From Lama guanicoe (lineage: Eukaryota): a stretch of 64,000 nucleotides of DNA. Location of the stretch: the NCBI GenBank assembly GCA_013239625.1, contig MU053559.1:1304001-1368000 (forward strand). The letters run 5' to 3'. Shown here one piece after another: positions 23,291 through 35,294 of the stretch. A program made the position numbers and the translations under genes. Numbering within the stretch: position 1 is the first letter of the stretch; each line of letters begins with the position of its first letter. The notes under the pieces are model-generated. The model was not told the origin of the DNA, ran no database searches, and was given only the letters and a program-made list of their open reading frames with translations.

Positions 23291-25220
23291 AGTCTGCTGT
23301 TGAACCCCTCTACTGAGTTTTTCAATTCACTTATTGTATTCTGCAGCTCTATGGTTTGTTTGGTATTTTAAAATATTTTCTGTCTCTTTGGTGAAATTCC
23401 CACTGTGTACATGCATTGTTCTCCTGACCTTGGCGAACATCTTTAAGACCGTTATTTTGAATCATCTGCCAGGGAAATCACTTATCGTCATTTTAATTGG
23501 GTCAGTTTCTGAAGACATATCTTGTTCTTTTGTTTGAAACACATTTCCCTGTTCACTTTCCTTAACTCCCTCCGTTGGTTTCTGTGTATTAGATAAAGCC
23601 GTTACTTCTCCCAGGCTTGACAGACTTGCCTTCCATAGGAGATTATCCTCACCACCATACAGCCCAGCCAGAGATTCTGAGTGCCTCTCAAACCTTTGTT
23701 CTTGTCCAAACTACTATCTTTAGTGGGCCCTGGGAGATTAGGGTGTACCAAGTCTTGTCAGTGCTCCAAAAGCAGAGAGATGCCCACATGTCTGTTCAGG
23801 CTCCTGGAGGACTACTGATTGCCTGCCCTTTCAGATCCCAGTTGCAGTCTAATTTGAAGCTTGACCTTTGGGCAGCAGTTGGGAAAGTCAGGACATTAGC
23901 TATGCAGTCTGTCTCCTTTCAGAGAGGAACTGGGAGCTGGGTGTTTTTGCCCCCTTGCTCTGTGCTGAACCATGGGGAAAAGCCATCAGGAGTGCTGGTG
24001 CATCCATTTAAAAACAATCCTTTGTTCTCTGTGGTCCTGGGGAACTCAGAAATACTGAGCCCTGTCTGTTCTCAAAGCTAGATGATCTCCGCCTCAATTT
24101 TGAAGATATTTTTGCCATGTATAGTAGGTTATCAGTTTGTTCAATTCACTACTTTAAAGATGTTGCTCCACTGGGTCATTTTTATATTTTCCATGTCTTT
24201 TGTTGAGGTTTCAATCTTTTGGAATACCAGTATAACAATCTTTTTTTTTCTTTTTTGATTCCATTATAATAAGTTTCAGTGTCCTTCTCTGCTAATTCTA
24301 ATATCTGTGTCAAATCTGGGTTGGTTTTGATTGATGATTGTTCTTATGTTTTCCTGCCTTTGTATGACTGGTAAGCATTGATTGGATGCCAGACATTGTG
24401 AATTTTTTCTTGTTGGGTGCTGGATATTTTTGTATTACTATAAATCTTCTTGAACTTTGTTCTGGGATGCAGTTAAGTGTCTTAGCAACATGTCTATCCT
24501 TTCAGGTCTTGCCCTTATGATTCTGCAGTTGTGGTCCTGAGCAGTGCTCAGTCTAGCGCTAAATATTCTCCTGAGACAATTATTCTAATTGAGGCAAGAC
24601 CTTCTTGGGGACTTTACTCAATGCTTTATGAATTAGGTATTTTTTCCTGTCTGCCTAGTGGGAGCAGGTCCTATTCCTGCTCCCGTGTGAGTGCTGGGCA
24701 CTGTTTCCTCGAATCCTTTCACATGCTTCCTTCCGTGGCCCCAGGTGTTTTCCTCACATGCATGCACTGATTAGCACTCTCCTGAATACTCATGGGTACT
24801 CTCTTCAGAGCTCCAGGGTTCTCTTTCTGCATTAGTCAGGGCTCACCAGAGAAACAGAACCAACAGGAATAATCTAGAACAATAGGAAATAATCTAGAAT
24901 AACATTTGACCAAATATCTGGGTACTGCGGACTAGCCAAGTTGACACTTACAATCCACTGTCTCGTTCTCTGCACAACTTTTGCTCTCTGGTACCCTGTT
25001 CTATCGACTCCAGCTGCTTCAATCTCCTAGGAGTCTCAGCTCCAAATCTTCAACTGAAGGAGTCAGTTGGGCTCTGCCTCAGTTCCCCTACCCTGTGCCG
25101 TGGCCTGAACACTTTCTCAAGGCAGTTAACCTGGGAGAACCATAAGTACTCACCTCATTTGTTTGCCATCTCTCAGTTCTTGATTGCCTGCTGTTCGGTG
25201 CTTAACATTGGTTGTTTCAT
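23290..25220 (-). mobile_element. Old L1M 5'/ORF1-region fragments
   Basis: T-rich L1 antisense text (ttgttctgggatgcagttaag, cctgtttctctggtgagccctgactaa MLT-like piece near 24830-24950); family assignment loose. Confidence 0.5.
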
Positions 25221-26135
25221 TAAGCAGAACCGGAATCATACATTCTTCTCCGATATAACCTCTCAATGTGACTTAGAAAAAATCTAGACAAAACCAAGCA
25301 ATCTACTTTCAAGTAACTTGGGCCCTAAAAAAAAAAACAACTTTATTAGATTAAAGTAAATTGAAATGAAACGAAGTACTTCCATAAAAACAAGCTCGGA
25401 ATCACACATTCTTCTCCAGAGTAACTTCTCAACACCAGTTGGAATGAATCTGTTGAAACTAAGCAGTTTAACGTGCAACTAACTTAGTATCACATATTTC
25501 CTGTAAATAAATGTTTTTATGGTGAGTTAAAGCAAATCTAGGTGAAACTGAGAACTTTATTTAAAAACATATTTAGAATCACAAATTTTTTTCAAAAGTT
25601 CTATCTCGTGGCAAGATTAAATGAAGATGGAACTAAGCTGTTATGTATAAATAAGCACAGAATCACATATAATTCTAAAAAAATAACTGCATATAGTGAT
25701 TTCGTGCAACTGAAGTGGAATTAAGCAATCTAAGTGAAAACAAGCTTTGAATCACACATTCTCCTTGGAAGTAATTCCCCAGTGCAAGTCAGAGCAAACT
25801 TAGGGGCAAAGAACCTAGAAGAAGAAAAGAAGTTTTAAAACAAGCTCAGAAACTCATATTCTTTGCCAAGGAAACCAATTCTTGAAAGTTAGAGCAAATT
25901 TAGATTAATCTATGGAGTATAAGTAAAAATATGCCCAGAATCACACATTCTCCTCCAAAGCAGCTTCTTATTGTGAGTTAGAGTAAATTTAGATGAAACC
26001 CAGCAGTATTTATGAGGACAAGCTCAGTGAAAACAACATCAAAATAACACATTCTTATGGCTAATTAGAGAAAATCTTATTATTATAGACAGTATGTGTA
26101 AAAACAAGATCACAATAACACATTTTCCTGCACAG
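25220..26135. repeat. Degenerate ~88-bp tandem repeat, about 10-11 units
   Basis: Anchor AAAACAAGCxCAGAATCACACATTCT recurs at about 25233, 25399, 25487, 25576, 25660, 25749, 25849, 25938, 26042 and 26113. Confidence 0.85.
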
Positions 26136-26144
26136 TCAACATAG

Positions 26145-26675
26145 CATTGGGTTTAGGGATAATGTTAGTGTTAGGGCGATGGTTAGGTTTAGGATCAAGG
26201 TGAGGTGCGGGATCAGGGAAACAGTTAATTTCATGATTAGGATCAAGATCAAGTTCATGGTCAGAGAGTGAGGGTCACTTTTAGAATCACTATCAGGATG
26301 AGTCAAGTTTATTGCCAGGGTCAGGATTAGGGTTAGATGTGGAGTTAGGTCGGGTTCTGGGTGAGGGTCAGTGTTCTGGTTAGGTTTAAGTCAGGGCCAG
26401 GTTCATGGTTAGGGACAGGTTTAGGGTAAAGATCAAGTTTAAGGTTAGGTTAGGGATTAGGGTCAGGATTAGGGTCCTGATCAGGTAATATTTAGGTTAC
26501 AGTTTATAGTTAGCTTTGGGGTTAGGGTTTAGAGTCAGATTTAGAACCAGGTTTAGGGTTTCTGATTAATGTGAGGGTCAAGTTCATGGTCAGAATCAGT
26601 GTTGGGGTTAAGATAAGTTGAGGTCAGTGTTTGATTGTTCGAGGGTCAGGGTTAGGTATGGGTTAGAAAGAGGGC
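26145..26675 (+). repeat. Degenerate telomere-like hexamer tract (interstitial telomeric-like sequence)
   Basis: Exact TTAGGG at 26153, 26171, 26327, 26409, 26421, 26450, 26457, 26469, 26522 and 26553; many TCAGGG/TGAGGG/TTAGGT/TCAGGA variants; no CCCTAA on this strand. Confidence 0.85.
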
Positions 26676-28269
26676 CAGGAAGTTCCTTACTTGAAGTTGG
26701 TTAGTTAGCTGGCTACAACTGGGATTGGGGGGAAGTACATCTCGGGGATTGGGGCCGCCCCAGTTCCACAGCAGTCCACTTCTAAAGGGTCTCTGAATCT
26801 TCTGTGTTGGCCTCCATCGACTTTCCCCACAAACAGTCTCTGTACCCCCTGCACAGGTCCGTGGGGCCTCCCGGTGCTGATCCTGCTCCTCCTTGACCTC
26901 CCCAGGTTAAGAATTGGGGTGAGAAGACAACCAAGACTATGTTAGACAGCTAGCTATTTGCAGGTGGGGGAGCATGTTGTATGGCTTCAGATGGCTCCTG
27001 GTCTGCTGAAATTCCACCTGAAAGGCTTCTTCCTTCACTGCGGGGCCCCTGAAGGGCTCAGGTCATTTCATGTGCTATCTGATTTCTCCTCGCTGATAAT
27101 CATGGCCAGGATGTCACTGGGTTGCAGTAACATGGTTAACCTGTTGCAGTTGGAAGAGTAGTTTGGTCTGGAGGTAGGGACCAGCCCTGAATATCAGGGC
27201 ATTCTTTGAAAAAGTCTCTTCTCCCTGTGCAGAGGCTCCAGGGTTTCCTTGCGCTGGTCTCACTGATTGCAAAGGTAGGAACCCAGGGCGCCTACCCTCT
27301 GTGGAAGCCTTCAAAGGACCAGTGAGCCCGTCCTACTTCTATCTGAGTTCCCTTGCTGAGAACTGATGCTCGGAAGCAACAAGATTGAGGTGGAAGAGTT
27401 AGCCTCCTGAGGTGTGAGAAGCTTGACATGGGGCTTCTCCTAAACCGAGGAGCAGGTCAGTCAACCTTCCAGACTATGGTGTCAGAGAGTGACAATGTCG
27501 GGTGGCCGGCTGGCTGAAGAGGGTAGAGCTTAGATGAGGTTTCAAATAGTCCCTGTTCCATAGGAGGTTCCCCTGAAAGATTTCTGCACCCTTTATACTG
27601 GCCCCTGGGATCGTTCCACGAGATTCCATTGGTTTCTTGCATGATATACTGGGCCACAGATCCCTGGTAGTAATTGAAAGACGTGCTAAATGCAGAGAAG
27701 GGGGCTTCTTGGGGCCTCAGGTCCATCCAGTTCCTGCAGTGCCCCTCCTGAAAGGCCACTGCACCCACCAGGGAGAATCCAAGGGTTGACTTGTGCCATT
27801 TTCATGAATTCTTTCCTCCCCCGCATAAGAGATGAGGCTACTAAGTGGGCTACTAACCCAGGTTCAGGTTGTGTATCTAGCCAACTCTGTTGGGGGAGCA
27901 TGTGTTGGTATTTGAGTTTACCCCTTTTCCCAAGTGGGTGCTACCTAAAAGGCTTATGCACCCTTGGTTTTGGCCCCTGAGATTGTCTCAGGTCAGTTTC
28001 ACTGCTCTCCAATGTCTTCTACCCAAGAAATGAGGCTTCTAGGCACCTGGGTCATTATCTAAAGACCAACTGGCCACAGAAGGTAGGAAGGCCTTGCTCA
28101 GGTCCTCTTATTGTTCCTAGTTTTCCCGGGATCAGTCCTAAAATGGCTCTATGTTCTCTGTAAGACTCCAGGGTCTACCTTTGCCAGTCTCTCCCCTTTC
28201 TTTCCTTCTCTGCATGAGACATGGTATTATGAAATACTTGGTTGAAGTCAGATGGTTAGACAGCTTTGG

Positions 28270-28710
28270 TGGCCACTTGTGAAATTTAGGACTAAACTTC
28301 TGCAGTGAAAATCTCATAACTAAGAATGAGGACTTAGATTCTGGAGCTGAAATTGGGACTTAACATCTGGAGGGGGAGTGGAGATTTGGCCTCTGGAAGG
28401 GAAGCTGGGGAATGTAGTTGATCATGGCACAGGTTGGGAGGCAGAGGTCTTGGCTTGATTTCTGGCTGGAGAGGTCAGGACTTGGCCTCTGTGGGAAGGC
28501 TGGAACCTAGTCTCTGAAGCAAAAAAGTAGGACGTAGGTTCTGGAGCTATTTTTGTGGAGTTAGCCTCTGAAGGGGGAGTTGGGGCAGTGGTAGTTGGCA
28601 GCAGAGGTTGGAAGTTGGTATCTGGCAGGGGGATGACAGGACTTAGTGCTTGGTATGAGAAGCCTAGTGTTAGTGCCTAGCCTGAGGCCCTTGGATTCAG
28701 TGTCAAATGG
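28270..28710 (-). repeat. Degenerate 26-27-bp tandem repeat
   Basis: Minus-strand units begin CCAGA(G/A/T)xxxAAGTCC, e.g. ccagatgttaagtcccaatttcagct, ccagaatctaagtcctcattcttagt, ccagaacctacgtcctacttttttgct. Confidence 0.7.
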
Positions 28711-28720
28711 GTGCAAGTCA

Positions 28721-29174
28721 ATGTCCAGAATTATAAAGGGTCTGAGATTTTTACTCTACTTGCAAGCTAACAAGCTATCCTGTTTCATGGATGCAAGCAG
28801 AAGACATGAGACGCTGGGTTAGAGATAAAGAACTTTACTATTTGCAGCAAAAGCAGTAGCCAGCATCCTAGCATGATGTTTGAACTGATTCTTGAAGGCA
28901 GTAATACAGGTGGACCTAGATGCATGCCTGTGCACATAGTGGGTTATGTTATAGGAGAAGAACACTGAATGTGGGGGATTAATTGCTCCTATAATGAAGA
29001 GCAACAAACCCGCTTTTGGTCTGGAAGGAAATAACTACCTCATTTTTTCAAGGAAGCTTGCTATAAACACAAGTCTGAAAAATAAGCTGTGCAAAGACTG
29101 ACCTTGCATTCTTGGTATATCCAACAAGAAATGTCTAGGTACCCACAGGGATGATGAAAGATTGCCTTTTTGTA
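28721..29174 (-). mobile_element. Solo ERVL LTR (same family as 16390-16748)
   Basis: agggtctgagatttt...cttgcaagctaacaag...gcagaagacatgagac; flanked by AGTCA at 28716-28720 and 29175-29179 (5-bp TSD). Confidence 0.7.
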
Positions 29175-29799
29175 AGTCAGGATGACCAGATGACCTGCTT
29201 TGGGATTTGACAAGAGGTTCTGATTTGGGAGTTGATCTTAAGTCTGGGTTTGTAGGTTAACCAGATGTCTTGATTCACTCTCAAGCAGATGTCTTTTTAG
29301 AAGTTTGGTTGACTAGATGGCCATCTGGTCAATTAGCCAGAAAAGACCCAGATAGTGTAAGGGTTTTAATGTTTGTTATGGCGGAGGCTTCCACTTCCAG
29401 GGAAGAAGGCTAGAGCCTGGGCCCCACTAGGTTGAGTTCCTGGGTCCTGGAGACAGCCATTCTAGGGGCTTCGTATCACCTGAAATTCCAGGAGATTTCC
29501 TCCTCAAAGTCCTCAGGACACTCCACCTTGGCTCCTGCAGCTCCTCAGACATTCCATGACCATCTGATCTACCTTGAATGACCTACCTCCTCAGCCATTC
29601 CAACACTTTCACTATCTGGAAGTGAATGGGTTATGGGGCTAGCCAGCTGTAGTTGGGAGAGGCAGAAGGTGCACTATTTTGTGTATCAGACCATTCCTAG
29701 TCTTCTGAAGGTCTACAATAAAGCTCTCTACATCCTTCTTGGAATGCTGGGGGTCTCCTCACGCCAGCAAGCAGAAGACATGAGACTCTGGGTCTCTGA

Positions 29800-32700
29800 A
29801 CTCCATTGAGAGATGAGGCTGGGAAAGGACCAAGCAGAGATCAGAAAACTAGTGGATGGCAGTAAAGACTAGGGGAGAGGCTGGCTGGGACCTCAGGCCC
29901 ACTGTGCTCCTTGGAGATCCCCAATGAAAAGGCCTTTGCAGGTTGGGTTTGAGCTCAGGCATTCATAAACAATTTTATGGAGTTGCTGTTCCCAGCTCCT
30001 GACCTGCATGTGCATGGCCTGGATCCTGATTAACATACCTAAGACTTTGAGAACTGAGCTAATATTAGACCTCTTTCCTGGTCCCAGACTGACCCTTGGG
30101 TGCTACATGTGTGGGACAGTCCTGAATAACGCTGCAAAATCTGTGAAAACTGATCTGACACTGGAAACATACTCACAGAAGACAGGATGGTACTTACGGA
30201 TTGTCTGCTAAAACAAATATATCAACATTCTCCACAGGATTTAAATAAGACCTAGAGTCTCATAATGTAATATTCAAAGAGTCCAGGATACATTCCAAAA
30301 TTACTCAGCATACAAAGAACAATGAAATGTTCAATTCAAATGGAGAATGACAATCAACAGGTGCCAAGAATGAGATAATGCAGATGTTGGAATTATCTGC
30401 CAAGCACTTTAAGAGAGCTATTATAAAAATGATTGAATGAGCAATCATGAAAATTCTCAAAACAAATATTAAAATGGAAAGTACTAGAACAGAAAAAAAG
30501 ACCATAAAGATTAACCAAATGGAAATTTTAGAACTGAAAAATAAAATAACAACATCAACAAAAATCACTGGATGGACTCAGTAGCAAGTTAGAGATAACA
30601 GAGAAAAGAGCCAGCGAACTTGAAGATAGATCAATAAAAATTATCCAACTGAATAAGAGAGAAAAAATATTGAAAAAAATTAATAGAATTTCAGGAAACT
30701 GTGGGACAACAAAAAGTCTAACAGTCAAGTAATTGGAGCCCCAGAAAGAGGAGCGTGAGGTGGAAAAAATATTTGAAGAAATAATGGCCCCTCAAACTTC
30801 CCAAGTTAGGTAAAAAGCATTAGCAGATTTCTCATCAGAAACCATGAGGGCCAGAACGAAATGCACAACATTCAAAAACTCCTAAAAGGCTAAAAGAAAA
30901 GAACTATCAATTATGAAATTCATATTCAGTGAAAATAGCCTTCAGGAATGAAGGTGAAAGAAAGGCATTCACCTACGAAAAAAAAACTAGGAGAATTCAT
31001 AGACAGCATACCTGCTCTAAAAGAATTGCTCAAGGAAGTTCTTCAGACAGTCAAAAGGACATAGAAAGGAAACTTGGAACATCAGAAATGAAGGAAGAAC
31101 AACAGAAATGGTAAGTATAATAGATTATTCTTCTCTTGAGTTCTTTAACACATGCTTGATAGTGAAAAGCAAAACATTTCATACTGATGACTTTTTAATA
31201 TATATGGATATAGTATATAATGCACCTATAACACGAAGGAGGAAGGATAAAGGCACCTATATGGTGGTAAGTTTTTTAAATTCCAATTAAAGTAGTAAAA
31301 TATTGATTCTAAATAGATTATGAAAAGTTAACTATGTATTTTGTAATCCCCATAATAGTCATAAAATTTAGTGCAAATAAATATTGTCAAAATCACGATA
31401 AATACAAGAATAAGTTCAAACAATCCAGAAGAAGGCAGGGAAGGGCAAACAGGAGCAATAAATGGGGGGAGGGGGGGAGAAGAGAAAGCAAATAATAAAA
31501 TGGCAGATTAAATCCAAACATATCAGAAATTAACCAAGTGAAAATGGTTTAAACACATCAATCAAAACATGAGATTGTCAGAAAATTTAAAAAAATGACC
31601 CAACTTACTCCTGAAACTAAAACAATATTGTAAATCAACTGTACTTCAATAAAAAAGAATGATCTAACTATAGGCTAGCTATAAGAAACATCAAATACAG
31701 TGATATAGGAACTTGAAAAGTAAGAGGATGGAAAAAAAGATATACTATGCAAACATGAACCAAAAGAAACTGGACAAAGTAGACTTTAGAGTAAAGAAAA
31801 TTACCAGGGATAAAAAGAGACATCACATATTAAAGAAGAGTCAATCCACCAAGAAGACACATAACTCTAAAGCACCTAACAACAGAGTTCCAAAATACAC
31901 AAACCCCAACCTGTCAGAACTGAATAGAGAAATAAACAAATCCAAAGTTATAGCTGGAGATTTCAACACTCCTTTCTAATTAACAGAACTAGAAGACAAA
32001 AGCTCAGGAAGAATGAACATAAATACAAAACAGAAACAGACTCATAGACATAGACTACAAACTTGTGGTTGCCAGAGGGGAGGAGGGTAGGAAGGGACAG
32101 ACTGGGAGTTTGAAATTTGTAGATACTGACAGGTATGTATAGAATAGATAAACAAGATTATACTGTATAGCACAGGGAAATATATACAAGATCTTGTGGT
32201 AGCTCACAGCGAAAAAAAATGTGACGATGAATATATATATGTTCAGGTATAACTGAAAATTTGTGCTCTACACTGGAAATTGACACAACAGTGTAAACTG
32301 ACTATAACTCAATAAAAATAAAATTTAAAAAAAAATCAGGAAGGATATAAAATTGAACAACACCATCAACTGCATCTAACTGACTCCTGTAGAATGCTCC
32401 ACTCACAACAGCAGAATAGACATTTTTTTCAAGTGCACATAGAACGCTTAGCAAGACAGACCATAATAGAATTCAACCTGAAGTCAATACCAAAAAGATA
32501 ACAGTAAAATCTCCAATCATTTGGAAATTAAACAACACACTCAAAGGAGAGGTCTCCAAGGAAATTAGAAAGTTTCTTGAACTTAGCAAGAATAAAAAAT
32601 GAAATCAGTCTTTGTGGGCTGCAGAAAAAGCAGTGCTGAGAGGAAAAACTATGGCATTAAATGCTTGTTTTAGAAAAGAAGAAATGTCTCAAATTCATAA

Positions 32701-34690
32701 TCTAAGATTCCAATTTCAGAAGCTAGAAGAGGGAGGGTATAGCTCAGTGAGAGCGCATGCCTAGCAGGCACAAGTTCCTGGGTTCAATCCCCAGTACCCC
32801 CATTAAAAAAGTAAATAAATAAATAAATCTAATTATGCCTCCCACCTCCCCCGCCAAACAAAACAAAAAAGAAGCTAGAAAAAGAGCAATGTAAATCCAA
32901 ATAAAGCAGAAGGAAGAAAATCATGAAGATAAGAGGATAAATCAATGAAATCAAAAGTTGGTTCTTTTAAAAGATCAATACACTGATAAACCTCTGGCAA
33001 GACTGACAAAGAATAAAGAGAAGATGCAAATAACCAGTATCAGGGGATAAAAGGGGGATGTTACTGCAAACCTCACAGACATTATTTAAATACTATGAAC
33101 GACTCTACACAGATAAATTTGACAACTTCTATGGAAATGAGCAGTTCCTTAAAAGTCAGAAACTACCAAACCTCAGCAAGATTAAATAGATAACCTGAGT
33201 AGCCTTAAAATTATTACAGAAAGTTTAAAAGAAATCTCCAGGTCCAAATGACTTCACTGATGAATTTTGCTAAATATGTAAAGAATAAAGAACAATAAAT
33301 TAAAAAAAAAAAGAATAAATAGACCCTATCTTTTCCAGCGAATAGAAGGGACCACTTTCTAACTCATTTTCTGAGGCCAGTATTACCCTGATATCAACAC
33401 CAGACCAAGACAGTAGAAATAAAGAAAACCAGAGACCAGTATCTCTGATGACCATAGATGCAAAAATCCTCAATGAAATTTTAGAAGGTTGAATTCAGTA
33501 ATATATATAAAAAAATATGCCATCACCAAGGCGGGTTTATCCCAGGAATGCAAAAATCTATCATGTTAATGTCTAAAGAAGAAAAGCCATATGGTCATAT
33601 CAACAAATGCAGAAGAAACATTTGATAAAATACATCCAAAAGAATAATAATAATAATTTAAAAACTCTCAGCAAACTAGAGGAGAACTTTCCCAACCTGA
33701 GAAAGGGGATCTGTGAAAAACCCTACAGCTAACATCGTATTTAATGAAGATAGACGGTCTGCTTTCTCCTAAGATTGGGAACAAGGCAATGGTACCTACT
33801 CTTCCTATTCCTATTCAACATACTATTGGCAGTCTTTAGTTCAATAAGGCAAGAAAAAGAAATAAACATGTACATATTGGACAAAATAAAACTGTCTACT
33901 CATAGAAGACATGATTATATATCCAAAGAATCCCAGAGAAGCTATAGAGATACTCTTAAGAGCTAAGAAGTGAGTTTAGCAGTCATCAGGTACAAGGTCA
34001 ACCTACAAACATCAATCATACTTCCATAAATGAGCAACGAACAATTGGAAACAAAAAATATTTTAAATAATAATAACATTTATAATAGCTCCAGAAAATG
34101 AAATACTTGGAGAGAAATCTAACAAAACATGTACAAGATCTGTAGGCTGAAACCTACAAAATGCTGATGAAAGAAATCAAAGAAGACCTAAACAACTGGA
34201 AAGACACACCATGTTCATGGATTGGAAGACTTCAAATGGTAAAACTGCCCATTCCCTCCAGATTGTTCTACAGATTTACAGTAATTCCAATTCAAATTGC
34301 AACCGGATTTTGTTTTTGTAGATACAGTCAAGCTGATTCTAAAATGTATATGGAAGGCCAAAGGGACCACACAGCTATTTTCTGTAAAAGAGCTAAAACA
34401 ATTTTTTTGGGAAAACAAGTTGGAGAAATCACACTATCCAATTTTAAGGCGAATTTATAGTGACAGAAGTCAGACCAGTGGTTTCCTGGGGATGGGGGCA
34501 GGCATACAGAAGGACCAAAGGAAAGGATGACAAAGGGACACAGGGACAGTCTTGAGGGTAATGGATAAATTCATCATCTTACTTGTGCTGTTGGTTTCAT
34601 TAATGTATATATATGTCAGATTATCCAATTAAATACTTTAAATATCTATAGGTCAATTATAACTCAATAAGGCTATTTTTTTTAAAAAAG
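29800..34690 (+). mobile_element. Old fragmented L1M (5' region, ORF1, ORF2 remnants, 3' end) with nested insertions
   Basis: IAGDFNTP (endonuclease) at ORF 31713; MKEIKEDLNNWKDTPCSWIGRL at ORF 34161. A younger L1 3' end is nested at about 32010-32335. Confidence 0.88.
32729..32869 (+). mobile_element. Vic-1-type SINE nested in L1
   Basis: tRNA-like head; TSD AGAAGCTAGAA at 32718-32728 and 32870-32880. Confidence 0.9.
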
Positions 34691-34902
34691 TATTCTTTCC
34701 AAAGTGATACATTACTTTTATATCTATTAGATGGCAGTTGGAACCATGGAGTTCTGCCGAAGTGTAGGATTCTTACCCACCAGCAATATTTTAGTTTGTG
34801 AAATAACCCTATAGGAAGGTATGGTTAGCATAGCAGCATGTTTTATAAGATTATGGTGGAAATAAAAAGGACCAAATCATAATAAGCGTTACCAGACTAC
34901 TA

Positions 34903-34908
34903 TTTATT
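34903..34908 (-). terminator. RGN: Candidate RGN polyadenylation signal (AATAAA); proximal ATTAAA at 35124-35129
   Basis: TTTATT on the plus strand about 340 nt past the RGN stop. Confidence 0.6.
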
Positions 34909-35243
34909 AGCGTCTTGAAGCTTTCGGTATAGGAAGTATGGAATGCGGAATAAAGAACAGACACGGTCCCTTCCCTCTCCCCCAACGGCACCAGCAATTT
35001 GCAAAGAATCAAGAGGCTGGTTGACAGCTGAACAGCTCTTTAAATTTCTATATAATGTGTTACTGAAACCACCTGTCACCCCTTGTTAAAAATGCTCTAC
35101 CTTTTAAAAATTGTAAATAAAAATTTAATCCTGTTAATATCATTGCTCCTTTTTTTTTTTTTTGGTAACTAGACTGAAATTTCAGCTCTAGAATTTTCCT
35201 GTTGTCTTCAGAGTCTTCTCCACTAGGACAGACGGTCTGTCAC

Positions 35244-35294
35244 TCATCCTGCATAAGGATGAGGAGGAATTCCTTTGACCCCCAGGCCAGTTAT
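35244..35294 (-). CDS. RGN: Regucalcin/SMP30 last coding exon
   Basis: Acceptor tttcttttttttaacag|; ITGLGVKGIPPHPYAG*; 51 nt. Total CDS 163+183+216+132+155+51 = 900 nt = 299 aa plus stop. Confidence 0.97.
   Translation of the reverse strand: MTGLGVKGIPPHPYAG

Noticed and set aside
25220..26135. CRISPR array or C2H2 zinc-finger (84-bp) array
   Set aside because: Mammalian context. Units are similar along their whole length, so there are no unique spacers. The period is mostly 88-89 bp and there is no CxxC/HxxxH/TGEKP pattern.
16390..29174. The two related LTRs as ends of one provirus
   Set aside because: They are in opposite orientation and clearly diverged, and the second has its own TSD.
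26145..29700. Integrated herpesvirus with telomeric repeats
   Set aside because: No recognisable viral ORFs or packaging motifs; the tract is short and highly degenerate.
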